A stretch of 64,000 nucleotides of DNA from Spironucleus salmonicida (Eukaryota). A program made the translations under genes and the position numbers. Every line of letters starts with the position of its first letter. Position 1 is the first letter of the stretch. The notes beneath the pieces were generated by a model. It was not told where the DNA came from. It did not search any database and saw nothing but the letters and a program-made list of their open reading frames with translations. Location: NCBI RefSeq assembly GCF_000497125.1, contig NC_090597.1:941797-1005796 (forward strand), in the 5' to 3' direction. Positions 37,079 to 51,286 of this stretch are shown piece after piece.

Positions 37079-37737
37079 TCGGAAATAGCTTTTAGCCCGT
37101 ATATCCAATAGCAGATAAAGTCATATACATAACGCTCCCATCAGTAGCGGGTAATATTTTTCGAAAGATTTGGTCAATGGCTTTGGTTGAATAACCTCCT
37201 CACCAGGAAACAGCTAATAAAGTTAATATTAGTATTATATTTGTTATACTTTTTATAATTTTAATTATTAGTAATTATATTATCTAATATAAGGATTATT
37301 TTTAGTTTTATTATATTATATAATATTAATCCTAATCGTTAATTTTTGAACGAGCTATTAAGATTTAGTTGTTTGGGCGATTATAGCTTATTGTGTATTC
37401 GCATTAATAACTATTATCTGCTACACGAAGATAATATGAAATCAGCACTCTTACTTTTATATAAGGAACCTAATCATTTAAACCTATTTTTAATGAAATT
37501 TTACTACAACTATATTGGTGTATAATAATTATTTATTTTTTCACTCCTAATTTTCATATTTTAAATCACTAGATATATTCTTAAAAGCGATGACTATCAT
37601 TGAAATATCCCAAAACATAAAACGATTAATCTTACTCACTACTAAGACTTATAGCCTTTTTACACTTCTACCTATATTAAAAGTACTAGGTATTACACAT
37701 CTTCACTTTTAACATCCTGAGTTAAACTATTTTTACT

Positions 37738-38772
37738 CAACCAGACATAGCAGCTGATTCCACAGAACACCTCCTCTGCATCACAAACATTATTTGTCAA
37801 ACCAGCGCTAAGGGAAATACTTTAAGTGAAAACCACTGATTTTACTCCACCATAACTTAAATAACTGCACTCATCTTTAGCACTGTTAAAAACTACGATT
37901 CTATTGGCATGAACGAGTAATAAACCTATACTAAGTGTTACAGTCTGTCCAGTATGATATATTGCGAAACCTGCAAGGCTTAGTTGCTCTAGTATGTTTC
38001 TGTAAGCTTACGAAAGTTTACAGGCTGTGAATCTGGTCATATTTTGATAATGATAAATATACTGCACGCTTAGAGGGAGACAACATTTAAGATAATAACA
38101 ATATTAGATAAAAAATTTCCAAGGATACCTTTCAAATCAAATGGTAAGTATGCATTCTTTCTATACGAAGAGAACTTAAAATGCTAACACGCTTCAGCTG
38201 TTAGTTGCATCACCTACAACACGGCAATCCAAAAAATGATCAACATGCATCACTAGCTGCAAACGGTACCGGCTTTAGCTGAGATAGCGGAGTTTGATGG
38301 TGGAAATTGCATGCACAACATCCAGGGAACTGTTGTAACCCTAGCAATGCACAATAGAGCTTTGCGATACGTGTGGTGATGCTCATTAAATGGAAATTGG
38401 TTAATTTGTGTTACCCTAATTGTAGTCATTAAATAACAGTTAGATAGCTTACATCCGTGGAGTTGCGCCTGCTTATGATAGAGTAGGTTAAAGTACTTTA
38501 TACAGATATCAAGATGCCTAAACTTATTTTAAGTATGATGAAAGTAACAATAAAGAATGTCATAATTACATGCACTAATACAAATTCAAAATAAAGCATG
38601 TACAGGTTTGTTGATTCCTTTGTGTCAAGTGTATAGCGCTATTTATTACTAACCAAGTATCTGGAAGTCTATCTACTATATGGCGGCTTGAATTGTGATT
38701 CCAGTATTAGGTGCCGTATGTGCTATCGACGGCAGCCTGATTTCTTATGTTATCAAGAAAGGAAAGAAATGA
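37738..38772 (+). pseudogene. Decayed CRMP pseudogene, copy 2
   Basis: Copy of 7260-8294. Confidence 0.7.
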
Positions 38773-39455
38773 TGGTAATAGTTCCCGAAAAATATATACG
38801 AAAAATGGGTTCGCAAGGTAAAATGCGAAAATTCAATTTTACTCGAGGAATACATTATTATGTTATATAATCGCTTGTAGAAGTATTATATGGGATAGTT
38901 ATATCAGTAAAATGAATTTCTTTTTGTTAGTACGTTACATGTAGTTAGGTATGAAGCAATATGTACTACATCATAGTTAGAGGTAGTTGATAGCACAATC
39001 TAAGGATGCATAACAGAAATTAGTATAATAGTCCCAACTTCTACTAGCTGTTAGTTCAATAGCATTATTAATACACTCGAGACTAATTGAAGTTAAATTT
39101 TAATATCGCAAATGCAAAATCATACATTCTGATACTCAATTTGTATTAGTAATATTATCTGATATTAAATTAATACTCGTTTATTGATAGACTAATTTTT
39201 GCAGATTCATAAAGTATTCAGTTTCAGCGTGAGATACATTAGGTATCTACACTGAGCTACTGCGTCTTAGTTTATCCTAATTTTTACGTTCAGTTACAAA
39301 TTTGTTACTAATCATACGATATACAATATGATTTTAATATTATATATTAATTCAAAAAATATTTTAATATATATTTCCTATATAATCAAAGTTACTGAAA
39401 AATATTTTGTATTATTACATACTCAGAATATTACTAAAAATAGAAACTGCTAAAA

Positions 39456-40423
39456 ATGGAAACCAAGTGCGACAACGGTTCTAAAACATGCCCACTATGC
39501 ACGCATGTCCATCCGATGCCACTACCTCTAATGAGAAAAACTGTGTCTAGTGCAATATTGTCGGTAACGACGGCTGCAATGCTTGTGCAGCTGATGATGC
39601 TGACGTCTGCACTGGGTGCAACCCAAAATTTTACTTTGACCCCGACACTACCGAATGCGTTGCATGCTCCTCCAACTGCTCTACTTGCGATAGTGCGGTT
39701 CAATGCACTGTCTGCGCCACCGGCTTCAAACTAGATGGTGGCACATGCGTAGCCTCTGATGTGATCGCATGCGATGCAGATAATTCTTGATAAGACGACT
39801 AATTCTGCGAGATAAAGACCTCTGGGAACACTTGTATTCCTTGTCCTGCTTCTTGTAAGAAATATACTAGCTTGACAAAGTGCAAAGAATGCAAAAATTA
39901 CCACGATATGAATACTGACTAGACATGCACGGAATAATGCAAAGGGTTTATAGAGGTTTTATAAGCATGCGTAAACAACATAATTATCCCTTGTGGTAGC
40001 TACAAGCAATAGACCTCCTGCAGGTGCGGTCCTGTTGCTTAGAACTGCCTCACTTGTTAGGCTACTGCAGTACCAGAGGGTGGAACATGTACAGATGCTA
40101 GTTGTACATGTGGAAAAGATAGTCCTGACACTTGCACTGGTTGCATAGATAAGCGTAATTATGTTTTTATAGTGGGAAAATGCACTGGTAGGGGTACTAA
40201 TAAATGCTTAACTTGCCTTCCTGGCTATATCTTGAAGGATGATAATTGCACTGATTGTGCAGTAGAGGCTGAAAAAGTAGGGGACTTCTGCTTCATCCCC
40301 AGAAAGGAGGCTGGTAACCTCTCAGGTGGCGCGGTAACCGGAATTATGATTGCTGTGCTTATAGTGGTTGGTGCTGTCGGCGGAGGTCTGGTGTATTACT
40401 TCATCAAGAGGGCCAAGAAGTGA
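39456..40423 (+). pseudogene. CRMP pseudogene, copy 2 (same frameshift, TGA at 39788-39790)
   Basis: Copy of 8978-9945. Confidence 0.85.
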
Positions 40424-41236
40424 AAAATATTTTAATATGTAATTCATTGGAATGTGGCATTTTCAAACTAGGTTTTGTAATAGTAAGCTTTTCAGTTATA
40501 CTCTATTTAATAATTTATAGATTTCATTGTTTTACGTTATAGAATAAAAAGATTCAGCATGTTTTAAAAATTTTGAATCCCAAAATATTAATTGTAGCGT
40601 AATATACTCTTCAGTATAACGTATCATAACGTAAAATAATAAAAACTGCAATTTCAATGTATCCAGTTTCATGAATGGATGATAGTGAAATGCCGTGAAA
40701 TAATGATAGTGCGCTAGCGATACATTGAGAGAAAGTACTGTGAATATGTTAAATTATAGATTTGATACTTTAGGGCAGAAGCATAGATTCTGTGCAAATG
40801 GTGGTAAATCTAATACTATTTACAATTAGGTATCGTGATTTATCCATTTTTCGTTGTATTGTTATATACTGAAAATATTCAATATTAGTATTAGTATTAT
40901 AAAATTTGAAGTTACTAATTATATATGTATATTATCAGATTGAGCAATTATCTATTTGCAAAACTGGCAAAGTTGTTACACGAATCTAAATTAGACGCCG
41001 ATTATTAATAGCAAAGAGAAAAAACATAAAATTTGTTTTTTGTGCCCATTGTTAGGTGTACTATAAGTAAAGTAGATTTTTGTTAATATCTGATTTTTCA
41101 ATTTAAAATATATTCATATAAACATATAACTAATTATAACGTAAAAATAGATAGAAACAGAAACTCATATTCACTATCGATAAGAATTATACATATAAAG
41201 TTACCTATTCCATTTATTTTAAAATGAGGAATATCA

Positions 41237-41917
41237 TGCACTTCTTGTTCTGGAAATGCAACTGAAAAATGCTAGTGTGATGCAGCCATTAATTGTGATA
41301 CCTGCGACTCTTCAGACTCATCAATATGCGGAACCTGCTTGACCGTGTTCAAAATAAATGACATTGGTGCTTGTTCAGAGTGCATATAGGGCTACTTTAT
41401 GTCGGAAAGCGGCTGCTAGAAATGCGACACAACTTGCCGTTCCTGCCAGAATAATGCTAATACGTGTGTAATTTGCGCTGATTCGCACGAACCTACTATT
41501 CAATAAACATGTTAGCCTATTTGTGATTAAGTGATAACTGCTGATTAGGTATGCGAGGATGGAACTCCAAAATCTTGTGGAGCAGAAACTCAAATTGTAG
41601 CTTGTTAATGTACTGGAAAAGTAAATTGCTTTACATGTCCTTCTGATAATTCCTAGTGCAAAAGCTGTTTGAGAAGCTACAAGCTGCTAAAAGGTGATTG
41701 TAAGACCTGCGTATAAGGCGCAGAAATGATAGGCGACTTCTGAATTGGTGGTATATTAGAAGACTAAAATCATAGTTTATCTGGCGGCGCAGTTGCTGGA
41801 ATAGTCATTGCTAGTATAATGATAATCGGAGGTATCTGGGGAGGTGTGTTTTGGTATCTTAAAAAATCGAAAAGTTAGCTTAAAAATGTAAGCTAACCTG
41901 TTACTTTATAGGAGTGA
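41237..41917 (+). pseudogene. 5'-truncated CRMP pseudogene, copy 2
   Basis: Copy of 10759-11439. Confidence 0.8.
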
Positions 41918-42061
41918 ATTTAAAGTAAAGGAAATATATAGTTTTTCAGGAAATTCATTACTGTAGCTTTTTATATATTAGAAAATTCTTTATTAATTTA
42001 ATACATATAATATACTTATTTCAATTTGTTCATTAGAATAAATTAAAAGTTAATAGATTCT

Positions 42062-43408
42062 TCATTCAGCAGTCATAACGCCAGAGCCGAACCTCACCTC
42101 GGAGCCCTTCTCGGCTTCGCTGCTCGCAGCTGGTGCAGAGCCGGTAAGGATCATCTGGATTTCTTCCTGGGTCTTGCCCTTCGTCTCAGGAGTGGTAAAG
42201 AGCAATACAGCGGTTGTGATTCCCATAACTATCAAATAGGTAACGAAGGGAGACCACGCGGCCGCTTTGGTAAGAATTGGGAATAGAACAACGACAAAGA
42301 TGTTGGGGATATAGTTGAAGCTGAGCAGGATTGAAGACAGAAGAGACTTGGCTTCAACTGGGAATAGTTCGGAAGCAAAAACGAAAAAGATGGGACCGGG
42401 TCCAATTTCGAACCCGATGATGAAGAAGATGGAGGCAGTAATGAGAAGGGCAGTATTGGATTTCGCGAGGATATAGTTGATCATGAGGGCGACCTGGGCA
42501 ACGAAGCAGATGCCGACACCGCCGAAGAGGAGGATCTTGCGGCCGAGCTTCTCGATGAAGGCCAGGGCGCCGAGGGTAGCCACAAAGTTGACACCGTTGA
42601 TAATGATGGAGCCGAAGACGGAGGACAAGGGATGGACACCGCCCCCTGAGGTTTTGAAGGTATCTTTGAAGGTCTCAGTGGCGTAGACGATAACGGCGTT
42701 GATACCTGTACATTATTAGTTGAGACCAAGCATGACAGAGAGGATAAGGACCTTGAGGTACTTTTTCTCCTTGAACAAGAGCATGGGGGAGATTTCCTTC
42801 TCTTCTCTGGGTTTGACATCAGGTACAAAGAAGAGTAAGACAAAGCCCATGAGAGGCCATATGAAAGTAACAACAAAGTTGACCCACCATGCATTATATT
42901 TATCTTGATAAGTACGGATGGCAAGTAAGACTAAGGACGCAACCAATATACCAAGGGTGACGTTGAATTGGAACATGACACCGAGGAGACCTCTCTTGCT
43001 GGACTCTGCGTGCTCACCGACGATGATGATGCTGGGCTGCTAGAATAATACGACAAAGAAGCCGGCAAAAAGCCTCATAACCATCCAGTAGTATACATTG
43101 AAAGGGATGCAGAGGAGAACATTGAAGATAACAGATCCGGCAGCTCCGACTAAGCCTGTCTTCTTGTAGCCTAACCAGCTGACAATAGGAGCGAAGGTGA
43201 GAGAAGCGAGTAGGAAGCCTACCAGGGAGGCGATAGATAGATAGGGTAGTAAAGTTTGCACAGCAGCATCAGCAGCTGTAAAATTATTGGAAGTACCAAT
43301 AGCCATATAGTAAAGTTTGATGATATCAGAGGAAAAGTTTGCAATGGTGAAGCCGAGCGTCTCGGCTGTTAACGACTAAATTGCGAACAAAATTCCGAAT
43401 GAAACCAT
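42062..43408 (-). CDS. Sugar porter family MFS transporter, copy 2
   Basis: Copy of 11584-12930; no differences seen. Confidence 0.95.
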
Positions 43409-45193
43409 TTATGAGGAATGGGAAGATATTTTAAAAACTTCAATAATCACTTTAATACACTTATAAGAATTTAATCGTTAAAGATCCAATATTTTCGTAT
43501 ATGTTTTTATATATTATATTAGATTAGTTAGCATAAGTTACTTACTTCATGTTTTTTGTAATCATATGTTTTTATAGCAAATTAAAAACTAAATTGAACA
43601 CATAATAAAGATTTTTACATACATATAATAGTATAAAAATGAAAACTTAAAAAACAAATATTATTTAATTAATTATCTAAATATATTATATTTCACAAAC
43701 TTATAGACTATAAGTATTAATTAAGTTTTTAATTGTATTGTATTTTAGTTTTATTATCCACATATATTCTATCTTTACCAATATGCAAATATAATAAATA
43801 TTATAGTTACTCTACCTCAAATGTACTACTTTAAATACATTATTATAGTTATAGTAGTTAATTTTAGCATTTTGACATATTAACTTGCTAAGTATTTGTA
43901 TTATAGTTTTTAAACACTAAAATTATTAATTTTAGCATATTCATGTTAATAAGAAATATTAATAGTTATTACTCTCACTAAAATTTTATAATGGTAAACT
44001 ATCATTGGTCTGATATAGAGGAGGTCACTCTTTGTAATCTCGTCAAAGCTTAAGGTAAATAATGGTATAACATATAATAAATTTATTTTCCATAGTTGAC
44101 TGTCAATTAAATTAAATCCAAATCTTCTATCTTTAAAAAAAAAACTGAAAACAAGTTTAACACTCGTGATGATATAAAGGAATTTATAGCTAATTGTAAT
44201 ACTCTAAAAAGGAAATCAAGACATCATTTATTGAACGAAATTATTCAAATATTTGGTAATTAATGATTATTATTGTTTATCAAAAATAAAAACGTCTTAC
44301 TTGTTATCTTTAATTACATACTATCAGTATATTTCTTACAGTAGTATCTATACAATCATTAACTAATTTTTGATACAAATCAAATAAAACTCTCCACAGC
44401 AAATTATCTGCATGATTTTATTATGAATTTACAAACTTATACTAATTATTTCATCTATTACTAATTGAATTTACCCTCTGAAAGAAACATAGAATTTCTA
44501 AATATTTATTGCATGAATTTTTTCACACTAATTTTACTCCATACTACCTTATTATTAACATATCCTTCATATTATTCCAAAACAAACCCCAATCTAAGTT
44601 TCTCAAAAACCCTTACTTACATTGCTCTCTTATCAAAATCACAATACCCCTTCACAATAATATAAATATTCCCCTTCCCTATTAACCCAACTCACATCTC
44701 CATTAACCCAATACTATCATCAACTACGATCCCCATCCACTATTTTTGACTACAACCAAATATGTAAAAACTGAAATTTACATTACTAGCATTATTATAC
44801 AGTAATTATCATTTTTCCCTTCCTATTTCCCCAAGTTTCGACCGTCCACATCCGCTTCGCCTGGTAAATTACTACTCAGTTGCAGCGAGATGTATCGAAA
44901 TCCGCATCTGACCCTTAAATTCCCGATTCGCCCTGTAATTCTGCACCGCTTCAGGCGCTCAAATTACCACCAATTTCGCACTTTTTTGTCTGAAAATTTT
45001 GTGTTCCAACTGCCGCAAAAAGCAGATTTTGGCATCTACAAAAAATACAAATCGCTGCACTGCACTGCGCATAATATTACTATATATAATATTATACTAC
45101 TATACTTAATATTATATTATTATACATAATATTACATAACATAATATAATATACCATACCATACCACATCATCCTTTCCCAGACGCCGTTATA

Positions 45194-48100
45194 TCACTCT
45201 GATTTCAACATCACAAGGCAGCTTACCTCGTTCTTGCCGTACCCGGACGCGTCCAGCCACTGCAGCTGGATCTCGTTGTTGCTGTACACGTACTTGTAAT
45301 CGCTATACGGCTCCGCACGCAGGCTCTTGCTGTTCATGCTCTCGAGCCAAAAGAACGTGCCCTGTACAACGAAATTCGTGTGGTACGTTCTGTGAGAATT
45401 GTTACCAGAAATCAGCTCGCATGGTTAGTTTACTTCGCCTTTCTCAATAAGCGGTGCCTTTAAAATCAAGCGTACTGGCACATTGCTCTAGAAGAGGAAG
45501 CTCGCGCTGAACTCATATCCAAGCAAATTTACTAGAGCCGCAATATCAAGCGGTTTGCGCGCTATAAAGAAATTGGCGAACTAAAGATTAACGTTTAGCT
45601 GCTAAAGTAGGAGCTCACGATAGTTTAAAACAACTTATTAGTTATCTTTTATATGATTTAATGGGTAGTAGATCTAGTAGGTGCTGAGGAAAAGTTACTG
45701 GAGCTCTTGGGGAGACATATTAGTAAAATCTGCGCTGTCATTAAAGGCAACAATATTCCTGCAATCTAGTTTTTCGTTCATAGCATAATTTAAAAGTTCC
45801 GTCAAACTAGACGCCGGGGTCGAGTTCAAGACGTTCTTGCAGCTTGTTATTAAATTTTAAAAATCTTCCAAATTGACCACATCTTAACTGAAAAGGACAA
45901 CGGATGCGATATTGATATCCCTACAAACCAGACGCTGATTGACAATCTCAGCTGAGAATTTATTTTTAATCAGCCTCGAAAATTCTTTATATGCGCTATC
46001 AATGTCGCTAAACTGCTACTAATATCTCTTTTTCCTTTAAAACTACTATAGCTCGCTTAAATCTAAAGAATCTCTTATCTACAGATTATCATAATATGTT
46101 TTCAAATTAAATGAATTATCCGTGTCATATTCTAGTCTATACTAATGATACTAAACCGTGCTACTAGAAATTTAACGAATAAAAATAAGAGAAAGTGACA
46201 CTGAGTTATAGACAACTTACCCCTGACAGTGAGAAAAGTTGTTCTAAAACTGCACCGGATTTGCTGCTTTTACAATAGTAGGAGAAACCTCAGCAAAAAA
46301 CGCCGGAGTTTCGAGTTTCTGCACTTTCGGTTACCTAATAACTAATTTTTCAGCATTTTCACACTTCATAATCGCCCGAAGCCTAGCTACAAATTTTACA
46401 AACTGCTAAGTCCCAGATTTGCCGATAAGTCGATTTTCGACATACTCCAAAACGTTAATCCCCTCGATTTACGCCGAAATCAGCATTTCATCCGTAACCT
46501 ACTCCTTGAAAAATGTTGAAATCACCTCCAAACACCGCAAATGCGTAGTTAAGGAAAACACGTTAATAACGTATTATAACGCCTTCATATTGCAATCATA
46601 ATATCCCAAACTCGCCTAAAGCACCTCAATCTACTCCCCAGCAACCTCTTTTTAATCTCCTAGAATTCCTATGCATACCCTCTAAATAGCATGAAAATAC
46701 GTGAATTTACACACAAACTTATCCAAACTGTAGCACTAATCGCCGTAAATGTTAACTAACTGAATGAGCTTCAATTTATCCTCGTCGCAAAGCGCGTAAT
46801 TCGCACGCTCGCAAACGGTCACAGTCCGAGGGTTAAATTGGACGATTTATTTCACATTTTCAAACAAATTTTTATGTTGAAAAAGACCGAATTCGATCGC
46901 AAATTCGCTCAATTTCACCAAATCCGTTTCGAAAAACCAGTCGTTTACGAGCGAGGTCGCGAACAATTTCGCGGTCTAAAAGTTTTAAAAGATGAATTCT
47001 CTGCAGAGGAAATTCTTGAATTTTGCCATTTCTCCGCGGCTGTCAATTCGCAGGATTTCCTGCGTTAGCTGGAGCGTAGTTATGAGGTTTGGGTCGCAAA
47101 GTTGCGTTATTTGCGTCAAATTGAAGGTAGTTAAAAAGCGAGAAAGGGGTGGAGCGGAAAAGGAAGGGGTGGATGGGAGAGGAGCGGAAACTCGACTTAC
47201 CTCAGCGCCCTGATCGGCCAGAAACCAAACGATCTCGAAGTCCAAATGCTCCATCAGCGCGAAAAGCGACGTCCCGGCGTCGATACGCTTCAGGCCCACG
47301 CCCTGTTGGACTAAAAATTCGAACGCTGGAAGGGAGGTGATATAATGAACTGGCGAGAGCCCCTGCGCGTTGAGCAGCAGCATTGCGGGGGCTAATGCGG
47401 TGTGCTTTTGCACGGCCTCCAGGACCTACTTCTAGCTGATTTGAGTACTTTATGGCATTTAATGTACATTCTATTATCTCGAACTCGCTGTCTGCTCCAC
47501 TTCTCTACCATCTCTGAGCGCGATGTGCGCGCAGGTGTCCAGATTTTTATTGATGGCCCCCTCCAAGAAAAGCTCGTAAATGGGGCTGGGAGAGCGCTGC
47601 AGCAGCTCCTCGAACAAAATTTTGCCGCCTTTTGACTTCAACGCCTTTAGAATGCTCAGTTGGGCGTCAGAAAACAGCTGCAGGAATATGACCACGTCGT
47701 CGCGCTGCAGCTAATTTGCAACTATAAAAAATAAGTAATCGGTGTGCGAATTCTCCATCATGAGGTCGTAAAACTTCGTCTTCAACATGGTCTTCAGGTG
47801 CTGAATTAGAGCAATGAGTAGCTGAGAAGAATTACGCGCAAAGCCCTGAACGGCGATTGAGTAGCTCGTAAATTTGAGCTGCAGAAGAGTATTTGCGAGT
47901 TTCACGGCTTCGGATGGCTGCGACAGATGTATAGAATTGAAAAGGGAAAAGATGTCGCTGCTTGTCAGCTGCAACTCAACAGATCTTTTTACAATTTTTT
48001 CCAGCAGATAGAAATTCGCGCGGACGGTAAAAGTCTTACTTACGATGCTAGATGAGGTGCTTTAAAGCTGAACTTGAGGGGATTTCGCTAAATAAAACTC

Positions 48101-48256
48101 CTCGATGTCAGATTGCAGCTTTGCGAGCTGATTTTCTGGCAAAGGAGCGCAAACAGCTCCTTCGCTATGTCTTGGACGATAGTTAGCGATTAGAATGTCA
48201 ATCTAGGAAACTGTAAATTTGTATACGTTTTCCGCCAAAACATCCGATAAGAACAT
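45194..48256 (-). CDS. Large ankyrin-like hypothetical protein, copy 2
   Basis: Copy of 14715-17777. One substitution seen at ~46398 (Gly to Val). Confidence 0.8.
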
Positions 48257-48599
48257 ATACGGGTTCGAAGATGTCCGTAAAGTGTGCGATGTCGCCTATT
48301 CTTATCAGCTCGGGAAGTGCAGACGGGAAGAACAGGCTAGTTCCAGGCTACTCAAACTTTACAACAGATACTTTTTGCTGATTGAGCTTCTTGTAGGAAA
48401 ATCCAGGTGTCAGTGTGGGCATAGTTATGTCAGACTGCACCTGGTAGAGGCTCTGATTAGACACAACATAGTCGTTACGCCGCAGCAAAAATTTTCTCGG
48501 CTTGAAGATTTTATGGACGGTCAGAGAATACTGCTGGTCGTTAACAGTTAGCTACTGGAACTTGCCTCTGTTGGAAAATTTGGACTGCGTGATCAGCAT
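48198..48599 (-). CDS. 133-aa overlapping ORF, copy 2
   Basis: Copy of 17719-18120 with the same frame offset to the downstream gene. Confidence 0.6.
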
Positions 48600-49210
48600 T
48601 TTGTGAAGTGGGGAACAAGGTAAATATGGTTATTATATCAAATGCTAAGTATTTTTTAATTGTGATATTTATTGAATATGGTTTAATAATACAGAACTAC
48701 CTGTAAACGTTTATTCTATATAAATTTAATAAAATCTAATTCGGCCCGTGTTATCTCCATATTGGTAAAATTCCCATACTATTCTCAAAACACACCGTAT
48801 TTCTATCGCTATATTTTGAAACTAACTTTATCTAAACATTAATATGTTTGTGAATTCTGTGAATTTTATTCCTATTATAACTAGTATAATATAAAAAATA
48901 CATTACTTTCCTACAATTTTGTAAACTTCTATAGCTGCTCAAAACTTTCAAATCCTACCAATCCGCTCTACATACCACTTGAATAAATCAATTTTAGTCA
49001 ATATTTCGACCGTTAAACTCGAATTAGCACACCCACCAAAATCTTTAGTATTTTCCTCCACTCCCCTTGTAACAAATTTCATTTTTTTGATTTGCTATAC
49101 CGAATTTATCACGTTCCTCTTTTACATTAGAATGAAAAAAATAAACTAATTATACTATTTAATATATATTATTCCATTCCAAGTTCTGATTTCGCTCCAA
49201 AATACATTAA

Positions 49211-50342
49211 ATGAACACGCCCATACTGAAATCCAACGCGTCCACCAATTGCACCAGCACACCTAAATGCGCCCTCGTGGCTACTTATCCTACAGGCTAC
49301 CATTGGAGAGGCCTAAAATTCGTCTGAGTACGTCTCACAAACGCTCATGCGCGCCATGCGCGCCATGCGTTCCCTGCACCCTTCTCGCCCTCACTGATGC
49401 AGTAGTACTACCTGCCTGAAATCAGCTCGCTGGAGAACCCAGTGTACATGAACCAGTCGTTTCAAGCGATTGCCTGTCTTGGGCTGACGGTAAGTTTATT
49501 AGCGCAAATACCTGCACAGCCTGCGATGGTAAATGTTCTCAGTGTGTTAATAGGGCTACTGAGTGTAGCGAGTGCAAACCTGGAAATATTCTTTCTGGAA
49601 CCACCTGCGAGGCCTGTACTGCAAACTGCGCTAATTGGCCTGAAGACAAAGCAGTATGCTAAATATGCTCGAATGGCTACTTTTTAAAAGACGACTAATG
49701 CGCTACTTGTTCTGGGAATACTACTGCAAAATGCTAGTGCGGTTAAGCCGTCAATTGTGCTACCTGTGACTCTTCAGACTCATTAAAATGCGGCACCTGT
49801 CCTACCGGATTCACTAAGTAAAGGTTAGGTTATTGCGATCAGTGCGCACATGGTTACTTCGGTGTCGGCAATGACTGTGCGAAGTGCAGCTAATCCTGCA
49901 AGACCTGCATGAAAATCACTGAAACGTGCATATCCTGCAATGATAAGTTTACAATGAGCATCAATCAGACCGGCGAGGTGAACTGTTCCGATCCTGTTAC
50001 CGAAGGAAAAGCTTGCGCTTCAAGGGTGGAAGTATCCTGCGGAAGCGAGTAGTAGATCACCACCTGTAAATGCTAAACTGCGCTTAATTGCTTAGAGTGC
50101 AACAGCGAGGATCCTACAAAGTGCAAGTTGTCCATGAAAGTATTCAAATTCGAATATGGGCTCTGTACTATTTGCGAAGACGGTTACGATAGCCTGGGGG
50201 ACTTTTGCTTCGCGTATTAAGCAAATTCAGGTAGAAATCTGTCAGGTGGCGCAGTAGCAGGTATCGTGGTCGCAGTATTAGTAGTTTATGCGCAGTTTGA
50301 GGTGGCCTTGCATATTACTTCATCAAGAAGGCCAAGAAGTGA
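49211..50342 (+). pseudogene. CRMP pseudogene, copy 2
   Basis: Copy of 18739-19861 with an extra CATGCGCGC unit at ~49346-49363. Confidence 0.85.
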
Positions 50343-51286
50343 AAAGTATTTTCATTTTTCACATTAGTATTTATTATTATTATATAGATACATATGAAAT
50401 TATTATTTTATCACCCATCTAAACTATATCAACAAGACTCAGCTGAGTTGCTATACTACCAAATCCAGGCTTCTAGTAGGTTCCTAGTCAAATGCTAGAC
50501 ATCTGGGAAGTTTTCTTAACTTTTTCAAAATATATTATAATAAGTTAAGTTGTTTATAGGATATAGAGTTTACCAATTATACTATTGTGTTAATATTTTG
50601 AGATTATAGAAATAGCACCATTGGACGGTTTAGCGTAACATGTATGAGTATAATACTATTTTTAATACAATAATCACGCCTTAAGGTAATCTTTGGGTGT
50701 AGGTTTATACTATTCAATAGATTAAATTTATATAATCTTCATTTTCAACTAATGGGTAGAGAATATAAAACAATACTATTATATAAAATATCATTTTCCA
50801 ATATTTTATCTTATTCCAAATGAAAGTATTTAAAATTTTAAGTTTCATAAATACGAAATTTTTAACTTAATTTAATATTAATTTAAGTTTTTAAACAGAA
50901 AAGCACAATTTATCAATCTCCAAATATTTTATTCATATAATCAGTAAAAATACTTCTATACTAGACATAACCAATTAAAATAACTATATTTTAATGAAAA
51001 TGCAAATACTTTCGTTTTCTCAAACTAGATATGCTAAATTTAGCAAATGTAAAAATATATTAAACTCTTGAATATTAATTATAGCATATGTTTCAAAATC
51101 CTCAGAATTCTAAAACTTACTATTTATATATTATTTATCCTTATTCAAATCACACTATTGTATCTAAATTTAGACACTGATACTTTAAGTATATATAACA
51201 TAATAAGTTAATTGGAGAAACAAAATCTTACCAATGATCCATATAATCATTTATACCTGGCATAACGGAAAATCATATCGCTTAGA